Notes: generated by a model from the letters alone, not told the origin. 64,000 bases of DNA from a virus (IMGVR_UViG_3300031949_000001:32001-96000), one strand, 5' to 3'. Counted from the first letter of the stretch, positions 9,257-19,708 are shown. Program-made: numbers and translations.

Positions 9257-9331
9257 ACACTGTTCGACTAATGGCTAGGTCGCGAGTCCCTCAAACTTGA
9301 AATACCGGTTCGAATCCGGTACGGTGTACCA
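9257..9331 (+). tRNA. tRNA-Glu(CTC), C33
   Basis: CGAGT-CCCTCAA-ACTTG; ACCA. Confidence 0.8.
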
Positions 9332-9346
9332 ACAAAAGGAAATTAA

Positions 9347-9835
9347 ATGTTAGTGTTCTTAGATACCGAGTTTACGGACTTTATCAATATGGAGATGCTT
9401 TCAATTGGTATGGTTTCTGCTGACGGTAAACACGAATTCTACGCCGAAAGAACTGATTATTCTTTGAAAATGTGTTCAGGATTTGTGAAAGAAGAAATTC
9501 TTCCCTTGTTCGACAAGAGCGGTTTTGTTGGAACGAAAGAAGAAATTGGTTTGAAAGTGATTGACTGGATCATCGGTTTGCCGTATAATGAAGTTGTTAT
9601 AGTTATTGACTATCATGGAGACTGGCAAATCTTAGCTGATTTATTGCCTTCAGTGCCAATGAAACTTAAACGAAGTCCAGAATATATACAAACACTGACT
9701 GATTTTGCTACGAATGTATCGATTCAAGGCGTTGAAGAGTATTTTGAAAAGGTAGATAAGAGACGGCATCATGCTTTAGTTGATGCGAAAGCCAATAGGC
9801 ACGGTTGGCTGGCTGCAATGAAGACGTTGTATTAA
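9347..9835 (+). CDS. DEDD 3'-5' exoribonuclease-like protein
   Basis: FLDTEF...D...HHALVDA. Confidence 0.8.
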   Translation: MLVFLDTEFTDFINMEMLSIGMVSADGKHEFYAERTDYSLKMCSGFVKEEILPLFDKSGFVGTKEEIGLKVIDWIIGLPYNEVVIVIDYHGDWQILADLLPSVPMKLKRSPEYIQTLTDFATNVSIQGVEEYFEKVDKRRHHALVDAKANRHGWLAAMKTLY

Positions 9836-9837
9836 AT

Positions 9838-9912
9838 GGGGGTGTGGTGAAATTGGTATCACGCTAGCCTTGCAAGCTTGAATCCGGGGTCCGAATCCCC
9901 GTACCTCCACCA
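9838..9912 (+). tRNA. tRNA-Ala(TGC)
   Basis: G3-U70; CTTGCAA loop; ACCA. Confidence 0.9.
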
Positions 9913-10261
9913 ATAGTATTTTTATAAGGAAAAATAAAAATGAATGTTGTGATGCATAAAGAGACCATATTTTTATTAAATTCGATTTTTAAGATTTGTG
10001 CTCCAGAAGGTGCTATAAAGAGTGTTAATGAACGATATTATACCGATATGTTCGATGTTGACACAGTTCAAATCAAAATTGGTTTTGTTTGGGAAGGTAT
10101 GAGTTGGATGGCACTAAAGAACGAACGTTCAGATGAAATCTTTGTTGATTTGGCAAATTCTGAAAAAGCAAATGAAATACAGAAAGAAATTATGAGTAAG
10201 TTGAAAATTGCTCTTAATAACGAACTTGTTGTAGTTTTATAAAATTTAATTAAAGAATTCG

Positions 10262-10657
10262 AAGTATTGGCTCGATTGGCTGATACAAGATACACCCTCG
10301 CCACGGGGCGGAATCCGGAGCATGCAGAAGGATTTTTGAAGCACTGAATACAATCGATATGTTCAGTGAAACGTGGCACTTATGGGGAATTCGTCTAAGA
10401 TCAAGGACGCTGCCCAATACAGGCAGAAATGGAGGTCCGAATCCTTCATTCCCCACCAATACGTCGCAAGGCGTATAAGACAATGTGAAACGAAGGACTA
10501 CCTTAAGCCAGTAAAAGTCTGGTGCTGTACTATCACTTCGGTGAGAGAAACAGAACGTCACTGATCAGCGGAGTAATATTGTATCGCTTGGGAAACATAT
10601 TGAATGTCAGCCCAAGGGCTTGCGGTTAATGAGGCATCATTTCCGTGGCAAGCACCT
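10262..10657 (+). ncRNA. candidate ~400-nt structured RNA containing a tRNA-like element
   Basis: long-range pairs 10300-10306/10643-10649 and 10282-10288/10579-10585; GCAA and UUCG hairpins; no credible ORF. Confidence 0.5.
10384..10458 (+). tRNA. tRNA-like element with aberrant loop CAATACA
   Basis: GGGGAAT/ATTCCCC-ACCA; CTGCC/GGCAG stem. Confidence 0.65.
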
Positions 10658-10658
10658 T

Positions 10659-10734
10659 CCCCCCGTAGCGTAATCTGGCAGCGTACATGCTTTGGGAGCA
10701 TGTGGTGCTGGTTCAAATCCAGCCGGGGAGACCA
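10659..10734 (+). tRNA. tRNA-Pro(TGG)
   Basis: CATGC-TTTGGGA-GCATG; ACCA. Confidence 0.85.
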
Positions 10735-10740
10735 ATTTAT

Positions 10741-10815
10741 GCCTGTTTAGTGATAACGGTAGCACGCATCTTCGGTAAAGATGTAGTATCAGTTCAACTC
10801 TGATAATAGGCTCCA
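10741..10815 (+). tRNA. tRNA-Thr(GGT), C33
   Basis: CATCT-TCGGTAA-AGATG; TCCA. Confidence 0.8.
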
Positions 10816-10818
10816 AAT

Positions 10819-10893
10819 GGGAGTGTAGCTCAGGACAGAGCGCAGAGCATTAGGCTCTGAGGTCGGTTGGTGTAAGTCCATCCATTCCCGCCA
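10819..10893 (+). tRNA. tRNA-like, TTA at anticodon position, A33
   Basis: CAGAG-CATTAGG-CTCTG; GGGAGTG/CATTCCC-GCCA. Confidence 0.6.
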
Positions 10894-11089
10894 AAATAAT
10901 CGATAAGGAATAATATGAACGGTAAAGCTGCTAAAATGTTGAGAAGGATTCGACGCTCAGATCATAAGTCCAAAAAACATTATAGATCATTGACACATAC
11001 TCAACGCAGTAAAGTGAGAACGGCACACGCAAAAAGCGGCAATAGCAGTATCGATTATCTAGAAACATTTTTTCCTGTGAAAAAGAAAA

Positions 11090-11596
11090 ATGGATGAGTT
11101 AATTGAAAAAATTCTCACGTTTGGTGATTTTTGGGATTACCAACACGAAGAAATCTTTTTTAAATTTGATATGCATGATGAAGCTATTATATTGGGACAA
11201 GATGAATATGAAGAAAAATTTCAATCATTACTGTTGGATATATTCGTGTTGGCTAGAAAATTGAAGGAAAGCAAAATGCTTAAAGAAGGCGTAAGAGAAA
11301 AGTTCTTGACGAACACCGACGAAACCGGTCGGTTTGTGATTTATTCACCCCGAACCGGCAGATCTTATTACATCGAGCCAATTGGTGATTCCCATATTAA
11401 ATGGGGGTCAGTTGATCCATCATCCAAAGGGTTGATGGTAAAAAAGGGTTGGAAGAAGCATACCGGCTCGATTAGCGAAGATGAAAGTCTGATTATCAAA
11501 GAGAATGGGTTTGAAAACATTCGAATGTTAGAACCGGGTGTTAGCCCGTTGAAAGCTATCGAATATATTGATGATCAATATCCGGATTCAAACTAA
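11090..11596 (+). CDS. hypothetical phage protein
   Basis: ORF. Confidence 0.6.
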   Translation: MDELIEKILTFGDFWDYQHEEIFFKFDMHDEAIILGQDEYEEKFQSLLLDIFVLARKLKESKMLKEGVREKFLTNTDETGRFVIYSPRTGRSYYIEPIGDSHIKWGSVDPSSKGLMVKKGWKKHTGSISEDESLIIKENGFENIRMLEPGVSPLKAIEYIDDQYPDSN

Positions 11597-11711
11597 TGAA
11601 CAAACTTGTTGGGTGTATAATGATATTCTTCAAGCTGTCATGAAAATTAAAAAAGAAGAATTAGTTAAATTTTTAAGTGAAGATTGGAAAAGGGGTAGAA
11701 AAATAAATTAT

Positions 11712-11789
11712 CTGGATGTGGGCTAATTGGTAAGCCGCTTCGTTCGGGGCGAAGATATCATGGAGGTTCAAGTCCTCTCATCTAGACCA
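11712..11789 (+). tRNA. tRNA-Pro(CGG)
   Basis: CTTCG-TTCGGGG-CGAAG; ACCA. Confidence 0.85.
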
Positions 11790-11793
11790 ACGT

Positions 11794-11944
11794 TTGGGCT
11801 AGGCACTAAGGCAAGAATTGAAAGGCTCTTGACAGCAAACCACCTTCGGGATGTTAGGCTGAAAGCTCCCGCGTACAAGTGTGCGCAGTACGGATACGAA
11901 GCATTAGATCCTTCGTCGCAATGCCGTGAGCCTTCGAGGTCCAA
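11794..11944 (+). ncRNA. unknown structured RNA
   Basis: closing pairs TTGGGCT/GGTCCAA and GGCA/TGCC; UUCG and GAAA loops; between tRNAs. Confidence 0.45.
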
Positions 11945-11974
11945 CACGTAGAAAAATACCTCCAAGAACACATT

Positions 11975-12049
11975 GTTCTCATCTTCTAACGGCTAGGAAA
12001 TCTGACTTTCAATCAGATAATAGGGGTTCGATTCCCCTTGAGAACGCCA
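11975..12049 (+). tRNA. tRNA-Glu(TTC)
   Basis: TCTGA-CTTTCAA-TCAGA; GCCA. Confidence 0.9.
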
Positions 12050-12053
12050 GTAT

Positions 12054-12184
12054 GCCGAGATAGTGTAATGGCTGCACGCTAAAACTATCTCTAAGAAATT
12101 TTCTCAGCGAAAGCTGAAGTGGAATTTAGGGTTACTTCTATCATAAGGAAGAAGTGGAGTGTTCGAATCCTCCTCTCGGCACCA
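12054..12184 (+). ncRNA. tRNA(CAT)-like RNA with ~55-nt hairpin between D-arm and anticodon arm
   Basis: GCCGAGA/TCTCGGC-ACCA; CTTCT-ATCATAA-GGAAG. Confidence 0.65.
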
Positions 12185-12220
12185 GTTTTACCCATAAAAA
12201 ATAATAATAAGGAGAACACC

Positions 12221-12673
12221 ATGAATAGCCAACAAGAATGGGATGATTTTTATCTCGGTTTAGCTAAGTACGTTTCAACCAAATCAAAAGACCCTAGCAC
12301 CAAAACTGGTGCTGTCATCGTAAAACCAAATAAACGCCCCGCCACTTTCGGGTTCAATGGATTCCCTCAGAAAATGGAAGACAAGCCAGAATGGTACGCA
12401 AACCGCGACGAAAAATACAGCCGTATTATTCATTGCGAAATGAATGCTGTTTTGTTCGCCGAATCCGACCTGACCGGATGTACTCTCTACACCTACCCAT
12501 TCATGTCTTGTGACCGTTGCTTTGTTCATATGGTACAAGCAGGTATCACTCGTTTCGTAGCTCCACAAGCAACACCAGATCAACTCACCCGTTGGGGTGC
12601 CGCATTTGACAAGGTTCGCGGGTACGCAAAAGATATGGGTGTCGTCATTGAAGAGCTTGAGTGGAATAGTTAA
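12221..12673 (+). CDS. dCMP deaminase
   Basis: KSKDPS, HCEMNA, SCDRC; AAGGAG RBS. Confidence 0.9.
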   Translation: MNSQQEWDDFYLGLAKYVSTKSKDPSTKTGAVIVKPNKRPATFGFNGFPQKMEDKPEWYANRDEKYSRIIHCEMNAVLFAESDLTGCTLYTYPFMSCDRCFVHMVQAGITRFVAPQATPDQLTRWGAAFDKVRGYAKDMGVVIEELEWNS

Positions 12674-12701
12674 TAAATACGAGTGTACATAGGAATACGC
12701 T

Positions 12702-13223
12702 ATGAAACTATTTGATTTAAATATACTTACAGAAGCTGAATTGGGAAATCGTCCAGTTTATGTTTTCCGTCGTATTAATCGCGATGGGAAGTCTCAGTAC
12801 GCTTTTGTAAAACATGAAGGTCCAACCTCTACCATAACATTTAATCCAACAGGAGATTCGCGCCTCCTTTTCTACACAAGTGGAGAAACCGCGAGGGTTC
12901 GTCTACAAAAATTTAATGATCCATCCATAAAACTTTCTGTAATGCCGATCAGTCAAATAAGAAACATAGAGAGAATCGCAAATAAAAAACCAGACGAGAG
13001 TGGTTATGTGCTGTTCTTTCAGACCCCAAGCGGCGAAGATTTTGGTTATCAAGCGATTTTTCCGAATGGAAAGTACCAATATGTAGTTGGCAAATCGAAG
13101 GCAGCACCGAGAAATAGAATTCTTAAGTTCAATAGTGCGAAAGATGCCTCTTATTTTGCTAGTCATTATTTTCCAGGTAAAAGAGTTGCCGTTCGACCAG
13201 TTGAGGGTTCTACGACCACCTAA
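12702..13223 (+). CDS. late protein, putative head-internal
   Basis: ATAAATA upstream; MKLFDLNILTE N-terminus. Confidence 0.55.
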   Translation: MKLFDLNILTEAELGNRPVYVFRRINRDGKSQYAFVKHEGPTSTITFNPTGDSRLLFYTSGETARVRLQKFNDPSIKLSVMPISQIRNIERIANKKPDESGYVLFFQTPSGEDFGYQAIFPNGKYQYVVGKSKAAPRNRILKFNSAKDASYFASHYFPGKRVAVRPVEGSTTT

Positions 13224-13244
13224 CAACATTTTAGGGAGGTCTAA

Positions 13245-13556
13245 ATGAAAAGGTTAATATTGACAATAGTGCTTGTAATGAGTTCTCTCTTAGCATATTC
13301 TCAGGAAGAGACATACGTTTCATGCGCAGATCGCGCTTTTATATACTCAGAAGTTGTAAAGCTTCGGGACACAAAAAAATACTCCGAATTAAACATATTA
13401 CGAGGCTTGGCTAAGTATTTTGATTATCGAGGCGTACCAGTATCCGAAGGAAAAGAAATACTGCTTGAATCCATCGTTGCTATGGAAAATAAAAAGTTAA
13501 ACGCAAAAAAGACTTTTCTTAAATACTTAGCAGTTTGTGGAGGAACTCAAATTTAA
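13245..13556 (+). CDS. secreted two-Cys protein (paralog family)
   Basis: signal peptide; C...RD...C pattern. Confidence 0.6.
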   Translation: MKRLILTIVLVMSSLLAYSQEETYVSCADRAFIYSEVVKLRDTKKYSELNILRGLAKYFDYRGVPVSEGKEILLESIVAMENKKLNAKKTFLKYLAVCGGTQI

Positions 13557-13909
13557 GGACAATATGGAAGAACCAAGATATATCCTAGATTGTTATACAA
13601 TAGACTCTCTGGAACATGGATTTCCAGAGAGCACTATAAACCTAGTGTCACCCCGAGAAGTTGCTGAATATGTCGCCAACCGCACTCGCGAAATGGCAGG
13701 AATCGAAGAAATTCGTATACGAATCATCAAGAAAGATGTTGATTATGATTGGGCTAAATATTGGCGTGTGGAAGCACAAATTCACCGTGAATATGAATTC
13801 AAATTTCGGGATGAAGTCGCCCGCTATCTTCCATTCATACAAGTCATGTCATTCGCTGGTCCTAAAGCTATCGTTGACTGGATTTTTAAACAAGTGGAGA
13901 TAAAGAAAA

Positions 13910-14392
13910 ATGACAACGATAAATGATTTTGGTATCCCAATTACGGGTCTTGAAGGCACGGATGTCTTACAACCCCTCCCCGGTAATAATTCAAAGATGT
14001 ATTTTTCTTGTCTGAGTCGTGAGGACAATGACTTTTTAAACACTAAAATAAAATGGTTAGGTAAACCAATATTGATTTTCAATGAATTACAAATTAATTT
14101 TTGTTGGGACGATCCACACGATCCTCCAACTCGACAAAGATTTTTTAATTTACTGAAGTCGATTGAAGGTCAAAATACCGATATGTTCGGCGCCGTACAT
14201 CTGTATAAAAATTGTAGTGCAGACCATGGTTTTTGTTATTTGAACTACGTTGGAATGACACATGAGTGTAATTCAAAAAGAGAAGAGTATTCAGATACGA
14301 AGGCTTACTACTATAAAGTAATTTTTAATTTTGTTAAATATGAAAAGCATCTACTTTACGGTAATCGAGACAGTATCAGACAACCAGTTTGA
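13910..14392 (+). CDS. hypothetical protein
   Basis: ORF. Confidence 0.55.
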   Translation: MTTINDFGIPITGLEGTDVLQPLPGNNSKMYFSCLSREDNDFLNTKIKWLGKPILIFNELQINFCWDDPHDPPTRQRFFNLLKSIEGQNTDMFGAVHLYKNCSADHGFCYLNYVGMTHECNSKREEYSDTKAYYYKVIFNFVKYEKHLLYGNRDSIRQPV

Positions 14393-14818
14393 ACATCGGC
14401 TTGAATATAATCAGACGTTGTATGGTCACGAGAATCTATCCCGTGATGGACGTTGTCGCGACTATCATATCCCAGGTTGTATCTGCTTTATAAACAAACT
14501 ATTTGCGTCACCAAAAGCTGGCACGTTTCAATATGTTGACAACGAGGGTGATTTGAGGCATTATACATGGAGGATGGAAGATGAACGAAATCCAACGATA
14601 TGATATACCAAACCTTGATGGTCGAGTTGAAAGTGGTCCTGTGCAATTCAATAATGACTGGGTAGGAGTCTTTTTTCGTGGTGACAATGCTCTCCACTAC
14701 GCTTTTGTCCTACGTCAAATAATCAACACCGGCTTGGCTGATTTAACGGATACCTTAACTTACAGTTATCTTGAAGCATTGGCGCAAGAACTTGAGTCTT
14801 GCAGACAAGGAGGATAAA

Positions 14819-15277
14819 ATGATCCCACGAGAAATGATAGTTGAAATGGTTCAGTTCATCTTATTGACATTACCCGGATCATCTGTAAATTTGAATAACC
14901 TTCCAGAAGTTGTCGGGGTAGCGCCAATTGAAATGGCACAAACGGTTTGTGCCTCTGTTGACCCCGAAAAAACACAAGGATGTATGAGTCGGGCGGCTTC
15001 TATTTCAGCAGCTTATGTCCGGAAAGAAAAAAAAGTTTATTACAATGCATTTATTATTCATCCAGAATCGTCTGGTGGTCTTGGAAAGTCGTATCTCGTT
15101 CACGAATTGGTGCATTGGAAACAAGATGTAGATTTTAGTACATTAACATGCGATCAGCTTAAAGAAAAAGAACTCGAAGCCTATCGAGTACAAGACGCGT
15201 ATCTGGCTTCGTTTGATGTAAAGAGTAATTTTGCTGGTAAATTTGGTGAGCGGTTTGTTTGTAATGACAAAAACTAA
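14819..15277 (+). CDS. zincin-like HEXXH protein
   Basis: LVHELVHWKQ...ELEAY. Confidence 0.65.
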   Translation: MIPREMIVEMVQFILLTLPGSSVNLNNLPEVVGVAPIEMAQTVCASVDPEKTQGCMSRAASISAAYVRKEKKVYYNAFIIHPESSGGLGKSYLVHELVHWKQDVDFSTLTCDQLKEKELEAYRVQDAYLASFDVKSNFAGKFGERFVCNDKN

Positions 15278-15545
15278 AGTTGTAAACCGCCATCATGGTC
15301 CATATGATATTTACATCGGAAGACCAAGTAAATGGTCAAACCCTTTCATTATTGGACGGGATGGTACTCGGGAAGAAGTTATAGAGAAATACAGAGAATG
15401 GATTTTAACACAATCAGAACTATTAAGTCAGTTGCCAGAATTAGAAGGAAAACGAATTGCATGTTCATGTGCGCCCAAGGCATGCCACGGAGATGTTTTA
15501 GTTGAACTTTTAGATGGTATGATAACAAATGAGCTTTTACAGTAG
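15264..15545 (+). CDS. DUF4326-like protein
   Basis: DIYIGRPSKWSNPF...CSCAPKACHGDVL. Confidence 0.85.
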   Translation: MTKTKVVNRHHGPYDIYIGRPSKWSNPFIIGRDGTREEVIEKYREWILTQSELLSQLPELEGKRIACSCAPKACHGDVLVELLDGMITNELLQ

Positions 15546-16049
15546 GAGACTATAATGTCTAAGAATAGTAAATCAAGAAATAAATTAGCAGTCGCTAAGC
15601 AATGGTCTGCTCAACGAAAACAAGGTCGTAAGGGACCGAAGGCTACCATCAAAAAGAACACGAAGGTTAATGTTTGGTGGAAGAAATCGGCTGAAGAGCG
15701 TGCCAAAATGAAGAAAAAATTGAATCCAGAAGAGCAATCATGAGTCGCACGATTGTTTTAACCTTGCGGGTTCTGAATGGTTTTAGATTAGATGATAACT
15801 TTGTTCCGGCTGAGATAGATGATGACCTTTATAATTTCACCTATGTTGAAGGTGAACCCGGTCCTTCAAATGATGAGGTTAAAGGAAACAAACAATTGCT
15901 GATTGGTTTATTGAGGCAATTCGCCGACAGGCTAGAAAGTCCAGATTGGCAAGAGGTAAAATACGTCTATGAGACAAAGGAATCCAGCGCTGATGAAGTG
16001 TTGGGAAAACCAGCAACAACATAAATATTCTTTAGGTAAAAGTTCTTAA

Positions 16050-16125
16050 GCCATCTTAGCTCAATTGGTGGAGCAGTTGTTTCGTAAACAACCGGTTAAG
16101 AGTTCGACTCTCTTAGATGGCTCCA
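16050..16125 (+). tRNA. tRNA-Thr(CGT)
   Basis: GTTGT-TTCGTAA-ACAAC; TCCA. Confidence 0.9.
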
Positions 16126-16394
16126 AGCAGAGGAGTAATAATATGCGCCGCGTAAAGAAGGCTTAAATGTTTGTTCCTAAAAGGTATCAATGGGATACCA
16201 CAATGGAACCATCGTTTTTTGAATGTGATGAATGTCAGGCGACGTTCAATGGGTCTAGTTTTCCGAATTACAACGGAATCCTTTTTAGATTCTGTCCAAA
16301 TTGCGGCAAGCCTACGGGTGACTATAGGTATCAACGCAATGCTGGAAAAAATGATGATTGACATTGATGTTAAATTGTGGTAAGTTGTAATTAT

Positions 16395-16489
16395 GCTAGG
16401 TTGGCCTATTGGTTGGGCTCCGGCTTTATAATCCGGCGATGCGTCCAGATGGGGCGATGAAGAGAGTTCGATTCTCTCACCTAGTACCA
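16395..16489 (+). tRNA. tRNA-Ile(TAT) with long variable arm
   Basis: CCGG-C-TTTATAA-T-CCGG; ~25-nt V-arm; ACCA. Confidence 0.75.
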
Positions 16490-16917
16490 TTAACATAAGG
16501 AATAATATATGGGTTCAAAGGCTTGTTACGCGGTTGCAAAAGCGACTGCTGGTAAACTCCGTTCGGGCAACCGGTTCCAATCAACTAAAGATGGAGTGCT
16601 TAGGGTTGATCGTTCCTCGCTTGACTTTATTAAATGGACGGGTACCGCTTATATTTTTCTTTTGCTCATACTATTAGTAAGCTTGTTTGCAGGATGGAAG
16701 CTTGTTATCTTTACTTGCCTAGCGTTATTTGCTTTTACTTACGTCGCAACAGCATGGATAATCGTTTCATATGTGTGCCTTTCAGAGCATGAAGATGATC
16801 TTGAAGATCGATACACATGGAAAACTGGTTGGACGGTTTTCAAAAGAATTAACACCATTATGTATTTTGGTTTTACATTATGGTTTAAAAATGAATTAAA
16901 AATGATGTAATAATTGT

Positions 16918-16991
16918 AGGGGTATAGTATAATGGCAGTGCAACGGTCTCCAAAACCGTGAGTGGGAGTCCGATTCTCTCTACCCCTGCCA
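16918..16991 (+). tRNA. tRNA-Trp(CCA)
   Basis: ACGGT-CTCCAAA-ACCGT; GCCA. Confidence 0.9.
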
Positions 16992-17222
16992 CATAACATA
17001 AAGGAAATTAAATGGATAAGACAGAAATGGTAGTAGAATATAGCTGGGAAGATATTGAAAGCATTCTCGTGTTGCTAACAAGGCTTGAAAATCCTGAGGC
17101 GGATGTGGATTCATTTGCGATTCAAAATGTCTATGAAAACCTAAGTGATGTTCATCCAGACGCGTTGAACGGCATCACTCCACTGACTCATATTCTGGTT
17201 TCATTTACAACCGAAGGATAAT

Positions 17223-17561
17223 ATGAGTACGATTTTAGACGTTAATTTAGACAACTTTCAGGCAGAAGTTAAAGAACATAAAGGTCCAGTTCTTGTGGAC
17301 TTTTGGGCGCCTTGGTGTGCTCCATGCCGCATGATGGCACCTATTCTTGAGCAAGTAGCCGCTGAAATGGGCGATAAAATCAAAGTCGTGAAAATAAACA
17401 TTGACGAAAACCCCGATCTTGCTGTACGATATTACGTTAGAGGTATTCCAGCATTTGCCGTCCTTCGAGATGGAGCAATTCTAAGTGCTCAAATGGGTGC
17501 TCAACCCAAAGCAGTATTTCAGATGTTTGTTGAACGCGCATTGTCGGATAACCCTATTTAA
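17223..17561 (+). CDS. trxA: thioredoxin
   Basis: DFWAPWCAPC; VRGIP. Confidence 0.9.
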   Translation: MSTILDVNLDNFQAEVKEHKGPVLVDFWAPWCAPCRMMAPILEQVAAEMGDKIKVVKINIDENPDLAVRYYVRGIPAFAVLRDGAILSAQMGAQPKAVFQMFVERALSDNPI

Positions 17562-17905
17562 AGAAACTGCAACAAAGAGAAAATACAACTATATAACCCC
17601 ATAATACAGAAGGAGTAACACCATGGAAACCGCACAGATCGTTTACAAGCCGCTCGTCAAAGATGTAATGAATGGTTGGGTCAAAGTCCCAGCAGGAGCT
17701 AAGGTTCGCGTTCGCAAGAATCGTCGTCATCAAGACGTGATTCAACAGCGCACGACATTCGTTACCACACGTAGCGTTGAATACTTTGCATCGGGTCGCA
17801 TCGGCGTAAGCTGGAAGCGCAACGGCTACAAGGCTTCAACAATCGTTGCCGCGTAATCGAAACTACCAAACACTGAAAATGGGGCTTAATTGCTCCATTT
17901 TTTTC

Positions 17906-17934
17906 TTGACATATGTTTTGAACAAGAGTATTAT
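17906..17934 (+). promoter_or_regulatory. sigma70 promoter, just after a terminator hairpin
   Basis: TTGACA-17 nt-TATTAT. Confidence 0.65.
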
Positions 17935-18517
17935 GATCGTCTTTCAACAAACCGAAGGAATGATCATGGATGTGACTATTGACCAATTCTCAATGTATGT
18001 TTCAAAAGCCTTGCGAAAGGCTAGTGTAAATAAAAACCGAAAAATCGTAGTCAACGGAAGTGCATCCGGCATCGAAGTAATTCTCGAAGCTCAGCGCTTT
18101 CATGTATCAAATCCCAAAGCCCTCAAGGCAGAGGCTCAAGCACGATTCGAAGAGTTGTGGAAATGTAATCCGAGTTATCCCGATCCCACTTATCTCGCCA
18201 GCGTCGCGTACGAAGAAACAATAAGAAAGTACCCCGCAAATGGAAGCAGAACTACAGAGACTTGAACTATTGATACACCACATGGGTGTAAGTAAAGAGA
18301 TGGTGACAAAGGCGTTTTTAGATGCTTGTAAAGATTATGCCGAAAGAGAAGGCTTTGATTTAGAAAACGGTTGCATGGCTATTCATCGAGCCGTAGTTCC
18401 ATCATTGGTGGAATTTGATGAAGCAAAAGAACACATAATTATTCATGATGGAAATAAATTCCCCCTTAATTCAGTTGTATTTTTTACCGAAGATTATCTA
18501 CTAGACAAAGGATAGAA

Positions 18518-19657
18518 ATGATAGAGTTTATTGGTGGTCGTAATTATTTTTACGATTTTAATAAGATTGTAGAAAAAGCTACTACCGAGTACTCTGGTCC
18601 TACGCTCTATCTAAGTGAATCCGGCATCGAACAAAAGATTCGTATGTTCAAAGATGCTCTGCCGTCTATCAAACCACACTATGCCGTTAAGGCTAACCCA
18701 AGCATTCGCGTTCTGGAAATTCTGGAACGGGAACATTGTAATTTTGAAGTTGCTTCTTATGAAGAATTTAAAATTCTCCAACAAATGGGTGTTGGTGTGG
18801 ATCGAATCCTTTACAGCAATCCAATCAAACCAGCCTGGATGATGCGCCAGCTCGATATGGAACACGTCGGCTGTTTCGTGGCTGATAACCTCAATGAAAT
18901 TAAGAGAATTGTTGCTGTTAACAGCAACATCGCCATTTATTTGCGTATGCATTTAGGAGATGACGCCTCAGGAAGTGTCATACCTCTTTCTGGAAAATTT
19001 GGTGCATCACCGGTCAATATCGCCGATATTATTAAATATTGCGGTTCTAATCGTGTTAATCTTTGTGGATTGGGCTTCCATGTCGGCTCTCAATGTCTTG
19101 ATCCGTTAAGCTGGAGAGATGGAATCCAAACAGCCAAGCATTACTTTGATGTGATGAAAGAAGAAGGGTTGACACCTTACTTCTTAAATATCGGTGGTGG
19201 TTTTCCTGTGTATTACAAGCAGACTCTAGGAAACACGTTCAGAAACATAACGAGCACTATCAACAAAGAAATAGCCGGAATGGATGAATATCGTATTGTC
19301 GCCGAACCGGGTCGATTCCTGGTGGCTGACTGTGGCGTTTTTGTTGCTCAAGTCATCAACGTGACCGTTCGAAATGGTATGAATTGGGCGTATCTTGATG
19401 CTGGGTTGTTTAATGGTCTATTCGAAATCCATGAAGGTATTGAGTATGAAATCCGTTCGAATGCATCTGGTGAACGCAGAATGTGGACATTAGCCGGTCC
19501 GACATGTGATTCGTTTGATATTATTACCAAAAAAGCTAACCTACCTACCAATCTAAAAGAAGGCGATTTCCTTTATTTTATGAACGGTGGCGCTTACACA
19601 ACCGCCTATGCAACGACCTTCAATGGTTTTCCGCTACCACAAGTTGAATTTCTATAA
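18518..19657 (+). CDS. ornithine/lysine decarboxylase (PLP fold III)
   Basis: YAVKAN, KFG, HVGSQ, IGGGFP, EPGRF, GPTCDSFD, GAYT. Confidence 0.9.
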   Translation: MIEFIGGRNYFYDFNKIVEKATTEYSGPTLYLSESGIEQKIRMFKDALPSIKPHYAVKANPSIRVLEILEREHCNFEVASYEEFKILQQMGVGVDRILYSNPIKPAWMMRQLDMEHVGCFVADNLNEIKRIVAVNSNIAIYLRMHLGDDASGSVIPLSGKFGASPVNIADIIKYCGSNRVNLCGLGFHVGSQCLDPLSWRDGIQTAKHYFDVMKEEGLTPYFLNIGGGFPVYYKQTLGNTFRNITSTINKEIAGMDEYRIVAEPGRFLVADCGVFVAQVINVTVRNGMNWAYLDAGLFNGLFEIHEGIEYEIRSNASGERRMWTLAGPTCDSFDIITKKANLPTNLKEGDFLYFMNGGAYTTAYATTFNGFPLPQVEFL

Positions 19658-19708
19658 CTGTTTTCGCTTTGGATATAAATACCTGAAGTATAACGGGAGG
19701 ATTATCCA

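Noticed and set aside
10557-10597. Hammerhead ribozyme (CTGATCA...GAAAC)
   Set aside because: Core deviates from CUGANGA and the required stems could not be built.
7170-12220. ORF-track entries overlapping tRNAs (e.g. 7170-7469, 8573-8803, 10373-10564, 11727-11951, and the 5' extension from 12119)
   Set aside because: They overlap clear RNA genes, lack an RBS and are best explained as shadow ORFs.
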